In this document: piece after piece, positions 1 to 10,984 of the stretch | Layout: every line of letters starts with the position of its first letter | How positions within the stretch are numbered: position 1 is the first letter of the stretch | Source: an uncultured Acidobacteriota bacterium | Lineage (GTDB): Bacteria > Acidobacteriota > Blastocatellia > RBC074 | Assembly: GCA_963743425.1 (NCBI GenBank) | Contig: CAVUPU010000004.1 | Location: 334,910-398,909 of the forward strand | Reading direction: 5' to 3' | Length of the DNA: 64,000 nucleotides | Program-made: the position numbers and the translations under genes | Notes under the pieces: generated by a model | Databases searched by the model: none | What the model saw: only the letters and a program-made list of their open reading frames with translations | What the model was told of the DNA's origin: nothing

Positions 1-164
1 AGGAGGTCGCTTGCCGGTGATTATGGTGAGAAGGCATCTTGCCTAAGCTCAAAGATATTGAAGCGAGGAGAAACTGGGATTGCTATACGATACTTGGTCG
101 GCCAATTGCACGGCTTCTTTGATGGCCTCAAAGTTCACGCTCTCATTCCATCCGAGTTCCGCGC

Positions 165-401
165 TTACTCGTCCCATGCGTCACGCTCCTGACGAATGAA
201 GCGGTCAGCCTCTTGCGGCGTGGTGAACACGCCTTTGCCAGCGCCAAAGAAAGCCGCGTAGTGTTTGGCTGGCTTCTCCGCTGAGACCTGTTTCTGTTCG
301 AGGATTTCCGCCGCCCATCGGATGAGTTTCACCAGTTTATCCGGTGAGAGCAGTCTGATTTGGTTGACGATCAATTCCAGTTGGCTAGCTGCCATAATCA
401 A
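165..401 (-). CDS. small putative antitoxin-like protein (78 aa) with a C-terminal Gly-x-Lys-Gly ... acidic tail resembling DUF2281/VapB-like addiction-module components
   Basis: 78-aa ORF. The C-terminus FFGAGKGVFTTPQEADRFIRQERDAWDE resembles antitoxin C-termini. A 42-aa ORF overlaps its stop in the ATGGGACGAGTAA arrangement typical of TA operons, but no recognisable toxin fold follows (window edge). Confidence 0.35.
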   Translation of the reverse strand: MIMAASQLELIVNQIRLLSPDKLVKLIRWAAEILEQKQVSAEKPAKHYAAFFGAGKGVFTTPQEADRFIRQERDAWDE

Positions 402-461
402 TCTCCTTTCGTTATGGCTGATTCTAGTACTGAACCGCTGTCAGCCTCAACCAGACTGATG

Positions 462-2156
462 TCACTTCGCCTTGATCACTTCGCTCAAAATCCGCCCGAC
501 GCTGTTGCTCGGGATTTCGATCCTGAGCAGCGCCGCGAGCGTCGGGGCGATATCCGCCGGACTTGAGGCGTCGTTGTACGCTCCGGCCATGACTCCGGCG
601 CCGTAGAAGATCACGGGCACGTGCGTGTCGTAAACATAAGGCGTGCCGTGAGTGGTCGCAATGCCTTCGGCGATGAAGAAGAACGGTTGCGGTACAACGA
701 CCAGGTTGCCGTTGCGTTGGGCGTGGAAGCCGTTGGCCACGCTGCGCGCGATCTTCGTTTGAGGCAAGCGGCCTGAAAGAATCTGCGAGCGCAGGAAGCA
801 TTCGGCGACGCCGTCGATCTTCACAACGGCCTGGCTCGCCACGCGTTCGGCCTCCTCGACGGCGATTTTGCGGCGTTCGATCACGGCTTCGTCGAGATAG
901 ATGTTGCCGTTGGAGAAGGCCAGAACCCATTTCTCTTCTCCTAAGCTTTTGTCGAGCGCGTTCTCGGCGGCGTCGGTTATGGATTTCGGTTCGATCCTTC
1001 CGCCGAGGCCGTACTGCCGGGCGTGTTCCGGCACGGGCGCGACGCCGTGATCGGCGGTCAGCGCGATGACGACGCGGTCGAGGCCGATCTTCCGGTCGAG
1101 ATAGTTGAATAGCTCGGCCAGCGTGCGGTCTGTTCGGAGCGTGATGTCCTGCACTTCGTGGCTGTACGGGCCGTAGACGTGTCCGACCAGGTCGTTCGCC
1201 GAAAAACTTATGGCGAGCAGATCGGTGGCGTCGTCTGCGCCGAGCTGTTCACTCTCGATCGCGGCTTTGGCGAAATCAACCAGATAGTCGTTGGCGAACG
1301 GCGTGTATTCGAATTGACTATAGAACCCTCTCCCCGGAGTTTCTTCGCCGCCGGTGATGATGTATGGGAATTTGTTTCCCGCGCCGAATTTTTCGTAAGG
1401 CATATCATCGGCGGTCGAGCGTTGATAGGCCGATTCGGGCAGGAGTCTTTCCCATCGCTTGCCGAAGAATCGGTCGGGTCGCATCTCGCGGTTGAACTTC
1501 TTCACCCATTCCGGCAGATCGTCGAAATAGTACGAGCTTGAAACCAGGGCGCCGGCGCTCGCGTTGAACCAATAAGCTCCGTTCGGGCGTTTGCCCGCGG
1601 GCAGGATGGCCGAGCGGTCTTTGAAGGAAACGCCGATGACTTTGGCCTGTCCGCCGCTCACCAACTTTAATTCATCGCCGATTGTCGAGCCGATCATTTT
1701 CGACGGAGACATGCCGCTCGCGCCTTCGGGGCCGCCGAGCAGTTTGACTTTGCCGTCGCTGACGCTGGTGACGCGCCTTCCCGATTCGCGGTCGAACCAT
1801 TCGTTTCCGATGATGCCGTTCATCGCCGGAGTCGCGCCGCTCATAAACGTGGCGTGGCCGCAGGCGGTGTAGGTCGGCGTATGAATGTAATTGGCGTTCG
1901 TAAAAACCGCTCCGCCGTTCAACAACCGTTTGAAACCACCCTCGCCGAACTGATCGTGGAAGCGCGTCAGGTAATCGTAGCGGAACTGGTCGATCACTAT
2001 GCCGACGACCAGACGAACCGGTTTCGCGGCGTTGGGCGGCCCATTGGCGGCGCGGCGGCGCTGCTGCGCGGCGGCAGTGGAAGTCGAAAAGAGGTTTGCG
2101 AGCGCGAGAATAAGACAGAGCGCAGGCGCAAGGCGTTTCAGCGAAGCTGCTGGCAT
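462..2156 (-). CDS. alkaline phosphatase family protein (type I phosphodiesterase/nucleotide pyrophosphatase fold), secreted
   Basis: 564 aa with an N-terminal signal peptide (LAPALCLILALANLFSTSTAAAQ). The block YIHTPTYTACGHATFMSGATPAMNGIIGNEWFD is typical of the AlkP/phosphodiesterase superfamily. Confidence 0.8.
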   Translation of the reverse strand: MPAASLKRLAPALCLILALANLFSTSTAAAQQRRRAANGPPNAAKPVRLVVGIVIDQFRYDYLTRFHDQFGEGGFKRLLNGGAVFTNANYIHTPTYTACGHATFMSGATPAMNGIIGNEWFDRESGRRVTSVSDGKVKLLGGPEGASGMSPSKMIGSTIGDELKLVSGGQAKVIGVSFKDRSAILPAGKRPNGAYWFNASAGALVSSSYYFDDLPEWVKKFNREMRPDRFFGKRWERLLPESAYQRSTADDMPYEKFGAGNKFPYIITGGEETPGRGFYSQFEYTPFANDYLVDFAKAAIESEQLGADDATDLLAISFSANDLVGHVYGPYSHEVQDITLRTDRTLAELFNYLDRKIGLDRVVIALTADHGVAPVPEHARQYGLGGRIEPKSITDAAENALDKSLGEEKWVLAFSNGNIYLDEAVIERRKIAVEEAERVASQAVVKIDGVAECFLRSQILSGRLPQTKIARSVANGFHAQRNGNLVVVPQPFFFIAEGIATTHGTPYVYDTHVPVIFYGAGVMAGAYNDASSPADIAPTLAALLRIEIPSNSVGRILSEVIKAK

Positions 2157-2320
2157 GTTTTCTCCTTGAAAGTGTCTTTCGATCAGTATGAAGGTGTCTT
2201 TGCTCAGAAGCTGTTTTGAAATTCAAGCCCCAGACTGAATTTCCAAACACGCCCTCAGTATTGCGATGACGGGAGCAAGCATAATCGCCACCAGGAGGGA
2301 TGACAAGAAATAGCGCGGAC

Positions 2321-3064
2321 TCACGCGACCTCGAAACAGGCCAGGAATTCGCGGTTGCCGTCGGCTCCGAGGATCGGAGAGTCGATGACGCCAATGAGTC
2401 GCATTCCCAGGCCGGCGGCGAACGAGGTGATTTCTTCGACTACGCGATGTTGAGCCGCCTCGTCGCGCACTATGCCGCCTTTCCCCACCTCTTCGCGCCC
2501 GACCTCGAACTGAGGTTTGATGAGCGTGATCACAAAGGCAGGCGCGCGAACCAGCGGCGGAACGACTGGAAGGATTTTTGTCAGAGAGATGAACGAAACA
2601 TCAACGGCGCCGATGTCGAAACGGTCGGTGAAATCGTCCGGCGAGAGGTAACGCGCGTTGACGTTCTCGCGCAATTCGACGCGGCTGTCCTGCCGCAATC
2701 TCCAATCCAACTGGCCGCGCCCGACATCGATGGCGACGACGCGCGCCGCGCCGCGTTGCAGCAGGCAATCGGTAAACCCGCCTGTCGAAGCGCCGATGTC
2801 GAGACAGACTTTGCCGACCACTTCGATCCTGAAATGGTCGAGCGCGGCGGCCAGCTTCAAACCGCCACGGCTGACGAAAGGCGCCGGCTCGCGGATCGTC
2901 AGCTCGATGTCGATTGGAACCGTTTGTCCGGCCTTGTCCAATCGTTGTTGACCGCTGAAGACCTGACCCGCAAGGATCAGCGATTGCGCCTTCGCGCGAG
3001 TCTCAGCCAGTCCGCGCGTCACGAGCAGCTTATCCAGGCGTTCCTTGGCAGTCTTTGGTTTCAT
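2321..3064 (-). CDS. tlyA: TlyA family rRNA (cytidine-2'-O)-methyltransferase
   Basis: 247 aa with an S4-like N-terminus (ERLDKLLVTRGLAETRAKAQSLILAG) followed by the FtsJ-type SAM methyltransferase motif (VCLDIGASTGGFTDCLLQRGA). Confidence 0.9.
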   Translation of the reverse strand: MKPKTAKERLDKLLVTRGLAETRAKAQSLILAGQVFSGQQRLDKAGQTVPIDIELTIREPAPFVSRGGLKLAAALDHFRIEVVGKVCLDIGASTGGFTDCLLQRGAARVVAIDVGRGQLDWRLRQDSRVELRENVNARYLSPDDFTDRFDIGAVDVSFISLTKILPVVPPLVRAPAFVITLIKPQFEVGREEVGKGGIVRDEAAQHRVVEEITSFAAGLGMRLIGVIDSPILGADGNREFLACFEVA

Positions 3065-3077
3065 CGCGATTTAGGTA

Positions 3078-3161
3078 GTGGGGAGTGGGGAATGGGGAGT
3101 GGGGACAAGGTGCGCTTTCCCGTCCCCACTCCCCATTCCCCACTCCCCACTCCCCACTCCC
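3078..3161. repeat. palindromic hairpin element, family A (arms made of GGGGAGT/GGGGAAT heptads; about 28-nt stem, 17-nt loop)
   Basis: Left arm GTGGGGAGTGGGGAATGGGGAGTGGGGA and right arm TCCCCACTCCCCATTCCCCACTCCCCACTCCC lie between the ispA stop and the tlyA start. A second copy is at 17353-17446. Confidence 0.85.
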
Positions 3162-3170
3162 TCTCCGCGG

Positions 3171-4097
3171 TTACGACTTTCTTTCAATTATGAAGCGCGC
3201 TATCGAGTCCAGTATTGACGTGTCGCGAAGCGTTCGTCGCGCCGCGCTGATGGCTTCGCCGCAGAGGCGATGCGCCATCTCTCTGGCGCCGTCAATTCCA
3301 TAGAGCGCGGTGTAGGTAGCCTTTTGACTTGCGGCGTCCTTGCCGGCGGTCTTGCCCAGCTCTTCGCTGGTGGCGGTTTCGTCCAGCAGGTCGTCGGCCA
3401 CCTGAAAGGCCAATCCGGCCTTCTCTCCGTATTCGGTTATCGCGCTCAATTCGTCCTCGCTCGCGCCGCCGATAATCGCGCCGATGCGAACCGCGCAGCG
3501 GATCAAGGCGCCGGTCTTGGCGTGATGGATCTCTTCGAGTTGCGCGGCGGTGACTGGTTTGCCTTCAAATTGAATGTCCAACACCTGGCCGCCGATCAAG
3601 GCGCCCGTCGTCGCGGACGCGTGAGCCACCTCTGAAATCACGCGCGCTTTGGTCTCGGGGCGTTGCGCTTCGTAATCGGCGAGCGTCAGGAAGGCCTGGG
3701 TGAGCAGCGCGTCGCCTGCGAGGATGGCCATCGCCTCGCCGAACTTGACGTGGCAGGTGGGCAGCCCTCGACGCAGATCGTCATTGTCCATCGCCGGCAG
3801 ATCGTCGTGGATCAGCGAGTAGGTGTGAATCATTTCGAGCGCGCAGGCCGCGGGCAGCAGCGCCCGCTCGCCGGCGCCGAAAACCTCGCCCGTCGCAATG
3901 GTCAGGATCGGGCGCAATCGCTTGCCGCCGGCGAAGATGCTGTAACGCATCGCCTGGTGAATGATTGAAGGGCCCTCCGATTCGGATGGAAGCAGACGAT
4001 CGAGCCACTGATCGACTCGGGCGGCCTTCTGCTGGAAATATTCGGTGATGTTCACAACTGGTTCGGTTTTACTGAATTCAGAAAGGCACTGAATCAT
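3171..4097 (-). CDS. ispA: (2E,6E)-farnesyl diphosphate synthase / polyprenyl synthetase
   Basis: 308 aa carrying both Asp-rich motifs ([17 protein letters not shown] and FQVADDLLD). Confidence 0.9.
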   Translation of the reverse strand: MIQCLSEFSKTEPVVNITEYFQQKAARVDQWLDRLLPSESEGPSIIHQAMRYSIFAGGKRLRPILTIATGEVFGAGERALLPAACALEMIHTYSLIHDDLPAMDNDDLRRGLPTCHVKFGEAMAILAGDALLTQAFLTLADYEAQRPETKARVISEVAHASATTGALIGGQVLDIQFEGKPVTAAQLEEIHHAKTGALIRCAVRIGAIIGGASEDELSAITEYGEKAGLAFQVADDLLDETATSEELGKTAGKDAASQKATYTALYGIDGAREMAHRLCGEAISAARRTLRDTSILDSIARFIIERKS

Positions 4098-4446
4098 CGG
4101 CGCTGCTTTCGTCTCGGGGCGTTTCTCCTGATTGGATTTTGGGGCTGATCGAAGCGACGTTTGCCGCTGAGAGAGCCTGGGCGGTCTCGGCGGTCCCTGT
4201 TGGCGCGTCTTTCGAGGGGTCGAAAGGCGCGACTTTGATTTCGCCCCGCTCCCTCAAAAGCATTTCGACTTTGCGTTCGGCGTCTCCCAATTGGGACTGG
4301 CAGCGGCGGGCGAGCGCCACGCCTTCCTCGAAAAGCTCCATCGCGCGTTCGAGCGGCAGGTCGCCCGATTCGAGGCGCCCGACTATCCGTTCCAAAGAAG
4401 CCAACGAAGATTCAAAGCTCTGTTCCTGCTCCTTGTTTTTGGCCAT
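4078..4446 (-). CDS. xseB: exodeoxyribonuclease VII small subunit
   Basis: 122 aa. The core [43 protein letters not shown] is the canonical XseB sequence. It overlaps the ispA start, which is the usual xseB-ispA coupling. Confidence 0.85.
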   Translation of the reverse strand: MAKNKEQEQSFESSLASLERIVGRLESGDLPLERAMELFEEGVALARRCQSQLGDAERKVEMLLRERGEIKVAPFDPSKDAPTGTAETAQALSAANVASISPKIQSGETPRDESSADDSVPF

Positions 4447-4590
4447 AATTTTTCACCCTGGAATTCAAAAAAGAAAACAACCAGGATAAAACCACGGAGA
4501 AACGAAGAGCGCGAAGAAAAGCCGGGAAAAACCTTCGCGCATTTCGTTTCTTCGTGGTTTTATTTTGCTTGAAAACTCCAGACTTTCATC

Positions 4591-5970
4591 TCAATCCGCC
4601 CGGCAACCGACTTCACCGTCCTCAAAACGCAGCGCCAGTTTCTGTCCCGTCTTGACCATCGCCGCGCGCGAAATCAGGGCGCCGGCATCGTCCTTCACCA
4701 GCGCGTATCCGCGCCCCAGCACCGCCAGAGGCGAGAGCATATCGAGCTTGCTTGCAGCCACAGCCAGCTTGTGCTGTTTTGCTTCCAATCTCCGCTGAGC
4801 CGCGCGACTCAAGCGTTGATCGAGCGCGTCCAATCGCCCGGATTTGACCGCGATCAGAGCGAGGAAATCGGTCGCTTCGAGACGGCGCTTCGCGTCTTGA
4901 AGCTTCGAGCCTGAATTTCTCACGCGCGCCCTGAGGGCTTCGGCCGCGCGTCCTTCAAGCTCGCGGCATTTCGCCGAAAGCGATAGGACCGTCTTCGCCG
5001 TCACCGCGAATCCGCGACTCTCGATCAGGTCGCGCAGTTGTGATTTGCGCATAAGCAGAGAGTGGTTCATCGCGCGCGCCAACGAATTTTGCAGATACTC
5101 GATCCGCGTCGCCAGATCGCTCGATTCCGGCGCGACTATCTCAGCGGCAGCGGAAGGCGTCGGGGCGCGATAATCGGCGACGAAGTCCGCGATCGTGTAA
5201 TCGGTTTCGTGGCCGACGGCGGAGACCACCGGGATTTCGGATTCATAGATCGCGCGCGCGACCGGTTCCTCGTTGAACGCCCACAAGTCTTCGATCGAGC
5301 CGCCGCCGCGCCCGACGATTATCACGTCAATCTCATTGCCGGGCTTCTGAGCGTGTTTATTGAGCAGGCGAATCGCGTCCACGATTTCGCGAGCCGCTCC
5401 GGCGCCCTGCACTCTGACGGGCGCGATTATGACGTCGATACCCCGGTTGCGCCGTTCGAGTATCTGCAGCATATCGCGCAGCGCGGCCCCGGCTGGCGAG
5501 GTCACGATCCCGACGCGCCGCGGCAGCAGCGGCAGCTTCCTCTTGCGCGCCTCGTCGAACAATCCCTCGGCGGCGAGCCTTCTGACCTGCTGCTCGAACG
5601 CGAGCTGCAGCGCGCCGACGCCCAGAGGCTCCATGACCTCGACGACGATCTGATATTCGCCGCGAGGCTCATAAACGGTCAGTCGGCCTCGCAATCGGAC
5701 TTCAAGCCCGTTCTCAGGCTCGAAGCGCATCAGCCGGTTCCATTGCCTGTAAAAGACCGCCCGCAACTGCGAGTGCGAATCCTTCAACGTGAAATACCAG
5801 TGGCCCGATTGATGTCGCTTGTAATTCGAGACCTCTCCCTGCACGTGCAGAGCGAAAAATTCCGATTCCAGCGTGTCCTTGATCTGTTCCGTCACCTCGG
5901 TGACGGTGAGCACGCGCCGCTCGGCAAAGAGCGCGGCAAGCAATTTGGAGCTGGAATCACTCATATTCAT
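4591..5970 (-). CDS. xseA: exodeoxyribonuclease VII large subunit
   Basis: The ORF runs to 6051, but the likely start is [27 protein letters not shown] (OB-fold N-terminus). The central tRNA_anti/ExoVII catalytic region is conserved. Confidence 0.85.
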   Translation of the reverse strand: MNMSDSSSKLLAALFAERRVLTVTEVTEQIKDTLESEFFALHVQGEVSNYKRHQSGHWYFTLKDSHSQLRAVFYRQWNRLMRFEPENGLEVRLRGRLTVYEPRGEYQIVVEVMEPLGVGALQLAFEQQVRRLAAEGLFDEARKRKLPLLPRRVGIVTSPAGAALRDMLQILERRNRGIDVIIAPVRVQGAGAAREIVDAIRLLNKHAQKPGNEIDVIIVGRGGGSIEDLWAFNEEPVARAIYESEIPVVSAVGHETDYTIADFVADYRAPTPSAAAEIVAPESSDLATRIEYLQNSLARAMNHSLLMRKSQLRDLIESRGFAVTAKTVLSLSAKCRELEGRAAEALRARVRNSGSKLQDAKRRLEATDFLALIAVKSGRLDALDQRLSRAAQRRLEAKQHKLAVAASKLDMLSPLAVLGRGYALVKDDAGALISRAAMVKTGQKLALRFEDGEVGCRAD

Positions 5971-6042
5971 CTTTTCTGTCCGATTTTGTCCGCACAAGTC
6001 GCATGCTATGATTTGCCAGCCTGGCGGATGGGACAATTTGCT

Positions 6043-6792
6043 ATGCCTCATTTATCAATTGTCATACCGGCCTATAACGAAGAGAATCGCATTGGCCGGA
6101 CTCTCACTGAAACATTCGATTATCTGGATCGACAGAATTATTCGAGCGAAGTAATTGTAGTCAATGACGGTTCAACTGACCACACTGTTGAGGCGGCCCG
6201 CAAATTCGAGAGTCGGGCAGGCGACAGGCTGCGATTGATCGAGAACCCGGGTAATCGAGGCAAAGGCTATTCAGTGCGAAACGGAATGCTCAAGGCCGAC
6301 GGCGAGATCGCTCTCTTTTTTGACGCCGATCTGGCGACTCCGACGAGCGAGATTGTCAAGGTTGTCAGGCCGATTGCCGACGGTCGCTATGACGTCGTCT
6401 TCGGGTCGCGCGCGCTCGATCGCAGTCTGATCGGAACGCGTCAATCACTTATTCGTGAAACCCTCGGGCGGGTCGGCAATCTGGTCCAGTTCGCATTCAC
6501 CGGCTTGCGATTCAAAGACACGCAGTGCGGGTTCAAAGCGTTCCGAAGAGAGGCCGCGCAATCGGTCTTCAGGTTGCAGCGGATTGACGGGTTTGGTTTC
6601 GATCCTGAAATACTCTTCATCGCCCAAAAGCAGGGCTGGCGGCTGCTGGAAACTTCCGTCCTTTGGAATCACATCGAAGGCTCGAAGTTGAACCCGATGA
6701 CCGCGTATATCAAGGTGCTGATGGAAGTCTCGACCATCAGGTGGAATAATCTCCTGGGCAAATACGATGAGCAGACTGAACGTCAACATTGA
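6043..6792 (+). CDS. family 2 glycosyltransferase (dolichyl/polyprenyl-phosphate beta-glycosyltransferase-like)
   Basis: The N-terminus [18 protein letters not shown]...[12 protein letters not shown] is followed by DADLATP and a QCGFKAF motif. The long upstream extension of ORF 5062-6792 is an antisense artefact of xseA. Confidence 0.8.
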   Translation: MPHLSIVIPAYNEENRIGRTLTETFDYLDRQNYSSEVIVVNDGSTDHTVEAARKFESRAGDRLRLIENPGNRGKGYSVRNGMLKADGEIALFFDADLATPTSEIVKVVRPIADGRYDVVFGSRALDRSLIGTRQSLIRETLGRVGNLVQFAFTGLRFKDTQCGFKAFRREAAQSVFRLQRIDGFGFDPEILFIAQKQGWRLLETSVLWNHIEGSKLNPMTAYIKVLMEVSTIRWNNLLGKYDEQTERQH

Positions 6793-7522
6793 TCACATAG
6801 CGACCATCCGTCAGGCTCGCCGGACCAACGAGCCGAACCCGGTCTCCGCCGCGGTGATTTGCGAACTGGCCGGGGCCGATGGGATCACGACCCATCTTCG
6901 GAGCGACCGGCGCCACATTCAGGATTACGATCTGATCGCGCTCAAACAGGTCGTCATCACGCATCTCAATGTCGAGATGGCCGCGACCGACGAGATGATC
7001 GAGATCGCCACACGCATCAAACCGGATGTCGTGACGCTGGTGCCCGAAAGCCCTCAGGAGGTCACCACCGAGGGAGGACTCGACGTCGCGTCGAACCAGA
7101 AAGCGATCCGCCAGGGAGTCAAAAAATTGAACGACGCCGGCGTCTTCGTCAGTCTCTTCATCGATCCCGACATCGAGCAAATCAGGGCTGCTGGAAAGGC
7201 GGGCGCTTATCAGATAGAGATATGCACCGCCAGTTACGCGCGGTTGAACGAGCATCCGGGAGACGCGACCGTGCGCAGAACCGGCGAGATCGAGCGGGAG
7301 CTTCAGCGCATCGCAGCCGCCGCGCGTTCGGCGGCGAAGGCCGGATTGAAGGTCTCGGCGGGCCACGGGTTGACCTATCGCAATGTCGGCGCGGTCGCCC
7401 GCATACCTGAGATCGAAGAATTCAACATCGGACACAACATCATCGCGCGCGCCGCCCTCATCGGACTCGACCGCGCGGTGCGCGAGATGATCGAAGCGAT
7501 CCGCATCGCGCAGATGAAATAA
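6767..7522 (+). CDS. pdxJ: pyridoxine 5'-phosphate synthase
   Basis: 251 aa with the canonical PdxJ start [23 protein letters not shown] followed by [15 protein letters not shown]. Confidence 0.9.
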   Translation: MSRLNVNIDHIATIRQARRTNEPNPVSAAVICELAGADGITTHLRSDRRHIQDYDLIALKQVVITHLNVEMAATDEMIEIATRIKPDVVTLVPESPQEVTTEGGLDVASNQKAIRQGVKKLNDAGVFVSLFIDPDIEQIRAAGKAGAYQIEICTASYARLNEHPGDATVRRTGEIERELQRIAAAARSAAKAGLKVSAGHGLTYRNVGAVARIPEIEEFNIGHNIIARAALIGLDRAVREMIEAIRIAQMK

Positions 7523-7562
7523 CCGCTTTGGACTTCGGGCGCGGCCCTTTGGGGATGATTGG

Positions 7563-8834
7563 ATGAGAAAGCTTTGTTTACTGCTTCTGGTTTTGGTCAT
7601 CTGTGCGATGACCGCTCCTGCGAGACGGACGGTTCAGCAAGATCCCCCGGAACAGGAGGCCCCAGCGAAAATGCCCCCAATCAGCTCTTACGTTATCCTG
7701 ATCACGATCAGCGGCCTGCGATCGGATTTTGTCACGGGCGCGGAATCGGAGCGCCTGAACCTCCCGACCATTCAATCGCTGCGGTCACAGGGATCGTTCG
7801 CGGTGGGGATTGAGAGCGTCTTTCCGTCGCAGACCATTCCCGCTCACGCGAGTATGATCACCGGATCGCCGCCGGCTGATCACGGCGTCACCTCCGATTA
7901 TCCTTTCGACCTGGAGATCGCTTCTCAGTCGAAGGAGCTGCGCAATTCGGCCAGGGAGATCAGAATAGAAACCGTCTTCGAGGTGGCGCGGCGCGCGAAG
8001 CTGGTCACGGCGGCGGTCGGCTTTCCGCTCACCGCCGACGCCGCGATCAGTTTCAACCGGCCGGATACGGCTGAAGACTACTTCAAAGCGGCTGCTGCTG
8101 CTGAGATCATCGAGAAACATCGCCCGAATCTGTTGCTGGTCAATTTCACTTCGTTCGATGCGGCGCAGCGGCGTCACGGCCTGCTTTCGCCGGAATCTCT
8201 CAAAGCGATGGAGACGATTGACGGGCTGGTCAAAAAGATCATCGACGCGACTGAAAGCTCTCGAATAGCCGAAGAGACGACCTTCATCCTGGTTTCCGAT
8301 TCCGGCGCGTCGAAGGTCGAAAAAGTGTTCAGCCCGAATGTTCTGCTGGCGAAAAAAAAGTGGCTCGTTTCAGACGGCCAGGGACGGATCACATCGTGGC
8401 GGGCCGTCGCGCAATCCTACGGCGGTTCCGCAGCCGTCTTCGTCAAAGACCCCAAAGACGAAGACTTCATCCGCGAGGTCGAGACGTTCTTCACTCAACA
8501 GGCCGAGAAGACGGACAGCCCGATCTGGCGAGTCATCAACATGCGTGACGCGACCAAATTAGGCGCTGACCCGCGCGCGGCGCTCTATATCGACGCGGCG
8601 CCAAATTATGCGATAACGGCCAAAACGACCGGCTCGCCCGTAACCAAATCGCCCAAAGGCGCGGATCGCACGGCGCGCGGCTACGCGCCTTCGCGAGTGG
8701 AGATGCGGGCGCTGTTCGTCATTGCGGGAAAAGGAATCAAATCGGGCGCGCAGACGCCATACGCGCGGTTGATCGAACATCGCGCCGACAGTGGCGAGAC
8801 TCCTCGGTTTGGAAATGAAAACTGCGCGCGGTAG
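7563..8834 (+). CDS. alkaline phosphatase family protein (ectonucleotide pyrophosphatase/phosphodiesterase-like), secreted
   Basis: 423 aa with a signal peptide. The motifs ILITISGLRSDF and VFPSQTIPAHASMITG place it in the AlkP superfamily. Confidence 0.7.
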   Translation: MRKLCLLLLVLVICAMTAPARRTVQQDPPEQEAPAKMPPISSYVILITISGLRSDFVTGAESERLNLPTIQSLRSQGSFAVGIESVFPSQTIPAHASMITGSPPADHGVTSDYPFDLEIASQSKELRNSAREIRIETVFEVARRAKLVTAAVGFPLTADAAISFNRPDTAEDYFKAAAAAEIIEKHRPNLLLVNFTSFDAAQRRHGLLSPESLKAMETIDGLVKKIIDATESSRIAEETTFILVSDSGASKVEKVFSPNVLLAKKKWLVSDGQGRITSWRAVAQSYGGSAAVFVKDPKDEDFIREVETFFTQQAEKTDSPIWRVINMRDATKLGADPRAALYIDAAPNYAITAKTTGSPVTKSPKGADRTARGYAPSRVEMRALFVIAGKGIKSGAQTPYARLIEHRADSGETPRFGNENCAR

Positions 8835-8855
8835 AGTAATTTCTGAGGTGATCAA

Positions 8856-9545
8856 ATGACTATGTTCTGTAACCGTTGTGGAAACCGTCTGGCGGATGAA
8901 AGCCTCTTCTGCAACCGCTGCGGCTCGAAGGTACAAAACGAAAAGGAGACCGAACCGCGTCGCGACGCGCGCCCCACAACGTCTCCTCCCCGGCCCGCGC
9001 GCCGCGCGCCGGTAGTCCTTTCTGTTCCCGATCAGGAATCATTCGAGGAGTATGAAGAAGATTATCCGGATCGCTCCGATGAAGATTACCGCGAAGTCCC
9101 CGCCGATCAAGAGCAGGTGGTCTTCAGCATCACACCGACGTTTTTCGAAGTCCTTCCAAGCTACCTGGTGGCGGCCGTGCTCTCGTTGATCGTAACGGCG
9201 GCGGTCGCCCTTATGGACGGTAACTTTTGGGTTTCACTGATCGCCGCCGCTGTATTTTTCATAAGGCCGATTGTTCGACATATAAAATTGAAGCATACGG
9301 TCTATACGCTGACCACCTCCAAGGTCGAAATCCGCACAGGGATACTTTCGAAGTCCGCCCAGAGCATTCCGCTGCGCCATATTCAGGATGTGACAGTCAG
9401 CGAAACGCTGAAGGAACGATTGATCGGCATCGGGGACGTGCTGATTGACAGCGCGGCGCTCGACCGTAAAATGGCGATGGACAATATCAAAAACCCTCGC
9501 AAATACGCGGATCTGATCCTGGATCAATTGCAATCTTGGAATTGA
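8856..9545 (+). CDS. zinc-ribbon plus bacterial PH (YdbT/DUF304-like) domain membrane protein
   Basis: It has two CxxC pairs at the N-terminus (CNRCGNRL...CNRCGSK), a low-complexity linker, a TM segment, then a PH-like region (TVYTLTTSKVEIRTGILSK...IQDV). Confidence 0.55.
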   Translation: MTMFCNRCGNRLADESLFCNRCGSKVQNEKETEPRRDARPTTSPPRPARRAPVVLSVPDQESFEEYEEDYPDRSDEDYREVPADQEQVVFSITPTFFEVLPSYLVAAVLSLIVTAAVALMDGNFWVSLIAAAVFFIRPIVRHIKLKHTVYTLTTSKVEIRTGILSKSAQSIPLRHIQDVTVSETLKERLIGIGDVLIDSAALDRKMAMDNIKNPRKYADLILDQLQSWN

Positions 9546-9601
9546 ATGAGGGCGACGCCGAAATATATGAATGAAACTCTTATTCGTCCCGGAGGGACGC
9601 C

Positions 9602-9752
9602 GGAGATTAGCCGGTGGTGGAACCACCGGGAGCGCGATCCCAAAACTCCCAGCCCCGGAGGGGCGACAGATCAAGACTGGTCTGTCGCCCCTCCGGGGCC
9701 GGAAGGTTCAACCGGCTTGGTCCCGGTGGTTCCACCACCGGCTAATCTCCGC
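9602..9752. repeat. compound nested palindrome, about 150 bp (outer 31-nt arms CGGAGATTAGCCGGTGGTGGAACCACCGGGA / inverse; inner hairpin CCGGAGGGGCGACAGATCAAGACTGGTCTGTCGCCCCTCCGG)
   Basis: Read directly from the sequence. It lies between the PH-domain gene and the next ORF and overlaps the 5' part of ORF 9546-10244. Confidence 0.8.
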
Positions 9753-9806
9753 TGTGCCTCCGGCACAAAGACATGTGCGGAAACTTTAGCCACGCTCTTT
9801 GCGCCT

Positions 9807-10244
9807 TTGTGGTGGAGAGAACTTTTGCAACTCCCGGCTCTCGCAGCGTTGTTTTCAGTATTGCTTTTGACAATGGGTTTGACCGCGCAGGGCGTTCAAG
9901 CTCAAAGCAATGAGAAAGAGCTATTGCCTGATCGCCTCGGCCAGAGATGGCGGGCGGGCGGTCCGGCGCGCATTCTCGATGGGCAGCGACTTTCGAGCCT
10001 GCCTGACGCCGATGTCCTGGGAGAGTATGGGCTGCGAAGAGTCATCAGCCGCGTTTACACCGACGGTCAGATCGAATCGTCGGTCGAAGTTTTCGAGCTG
10101 AATTTCATACCCAACGCGTACGGGTTGTTCACATTCCGTCGGGGACAGCTTCCTCCGAACAGCCGCGAATTCCATGAGGGCCGCTATGTCGTCAGGGTTT
10201 CCAGCCGCGAGGCCGGCGCGGATTCCGATCGAACAGATTTTTGA
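9807..10244 (+). CDS. hypothetical exported protein (N-terminal part; possibly the 5' half of a frame-disrupted gene)
   Basis: A TTG start at 9807 or 9825 gives a signal peptide (LQLPALAALFSVLLLTMGLTAQGVQA|QS). The ORF overlaps 10174-10983 by 70 nt in a different frame. Confidence 0.35.
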   Translation: MWWRELLQLPALAALFSVLLLTMGLTAQGVQAQSNEKELLPDRLGQRWRAGGPARILDGQRLSSLPDADVLGEYGLRRVISRVYTDGQIESSVEVFELNFIPNAYGLFTFRRGQLPPNSREFHEGRYVVRVSSREAGADSDRTDF

Positions 10245-10983
10245 AGCGATAAAGCCTGATCTGATCGGCGGCGAGGGGCATCTTCCATCATTGCCGCTGC
10301 ATTTGCCCGAAGCGGACAGGATCGCGGATAGCGAAAAATACATCATCGGCCCGGCGGCTTTGGCCAGGCTGAAAAATTTCAGCGGTCTGAAAGACGCGAT
10401 CAGTTTTAGCGCCGGGGCGGAAGTGACCACGGCGGATTATCGCAGCGGCGGCGGGCAAATGAATTTGATCGTCGTGGAGTACTATACGCCGCAATCGGCT
10501 GCGGAGGGGCATGCGCGAATCCAGGATCATTTTAACGCTCTTCCTCAAACCGAGAAAGATCGGCTGATACTCAAACGCGTTGGCGCCTACGTCGTCGTGA
10601 TGTCGAACATTCAGGACATGCCCGCGGCGCAAAATATCGTCGGCCAGATCAAGTATGAGAAGGAGATTTACTGGGCGGGGCGAAAGTTCACCGATATCCC
10701 GCTCGAATTCCGTCCGCCTGATCCGCTTGCGGTCGAATACGCGACCCGAACAATCAAGATTCTGATCCGCTCCTTCTACTGGATGGGCATGGCGATACTC
10801 AGCGGGCTGCTTTTAGGGCTTGTCGCCGGAGTCTTGCTCTTTCGGTGGAAGCGATATCGTCGCCGCAAACTCGGATTGGACGACATGTTCAGTGACGCGG
10901 GCGGAACTCTCAGACTCAACCTGGATGACTATTTATTGCCAGACAAGCCTCAAATCAAGAAGATCGGCGAGGGTGAAAAATGA
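10174..10983 (+). CDS. hypothetical protein with a C-terminal TM anchor (possibly the 3' half of the same gene)
   Basis: 269 aa with a C-terminal TM helix (WMGMAILSGLLLGLVAGVLLF) followed by a basic tail. No family was recognised. Confidence 0.4.
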   Translation: MRAAMSSGFPAARPARIPIEQIFEAIKPDLIGGEGHLPSLPLHLPEADRIADSEKYIIGPAALARLKNFSGLKDAISFSAGAEVTTADYRSGGGQMNLIVVEYYTPQSAAEGHARIQDHFNALPQTEKDRLILKRVGAYVVVMSNIQDMPAAQNIVGQIKYEKEIYWAGRKFTDIPLEFRPPDPLAVEYATRTIKILIRSFYWMGMAILSGLLLGLVAGVLLFRWKRYRRRKLGLDDMFSDAGGTLRLNLDDYLLPDKPQIKKIGEGEK

Positions 10984-10984
10984 T

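Noticed and set aside
5062-6042. 5' extension of ORF 5062-6792
   Set aside because: The extension is antisense to xseA. The GT2 homology begins at [15 protein letters not shown], so 6043 is the real start.
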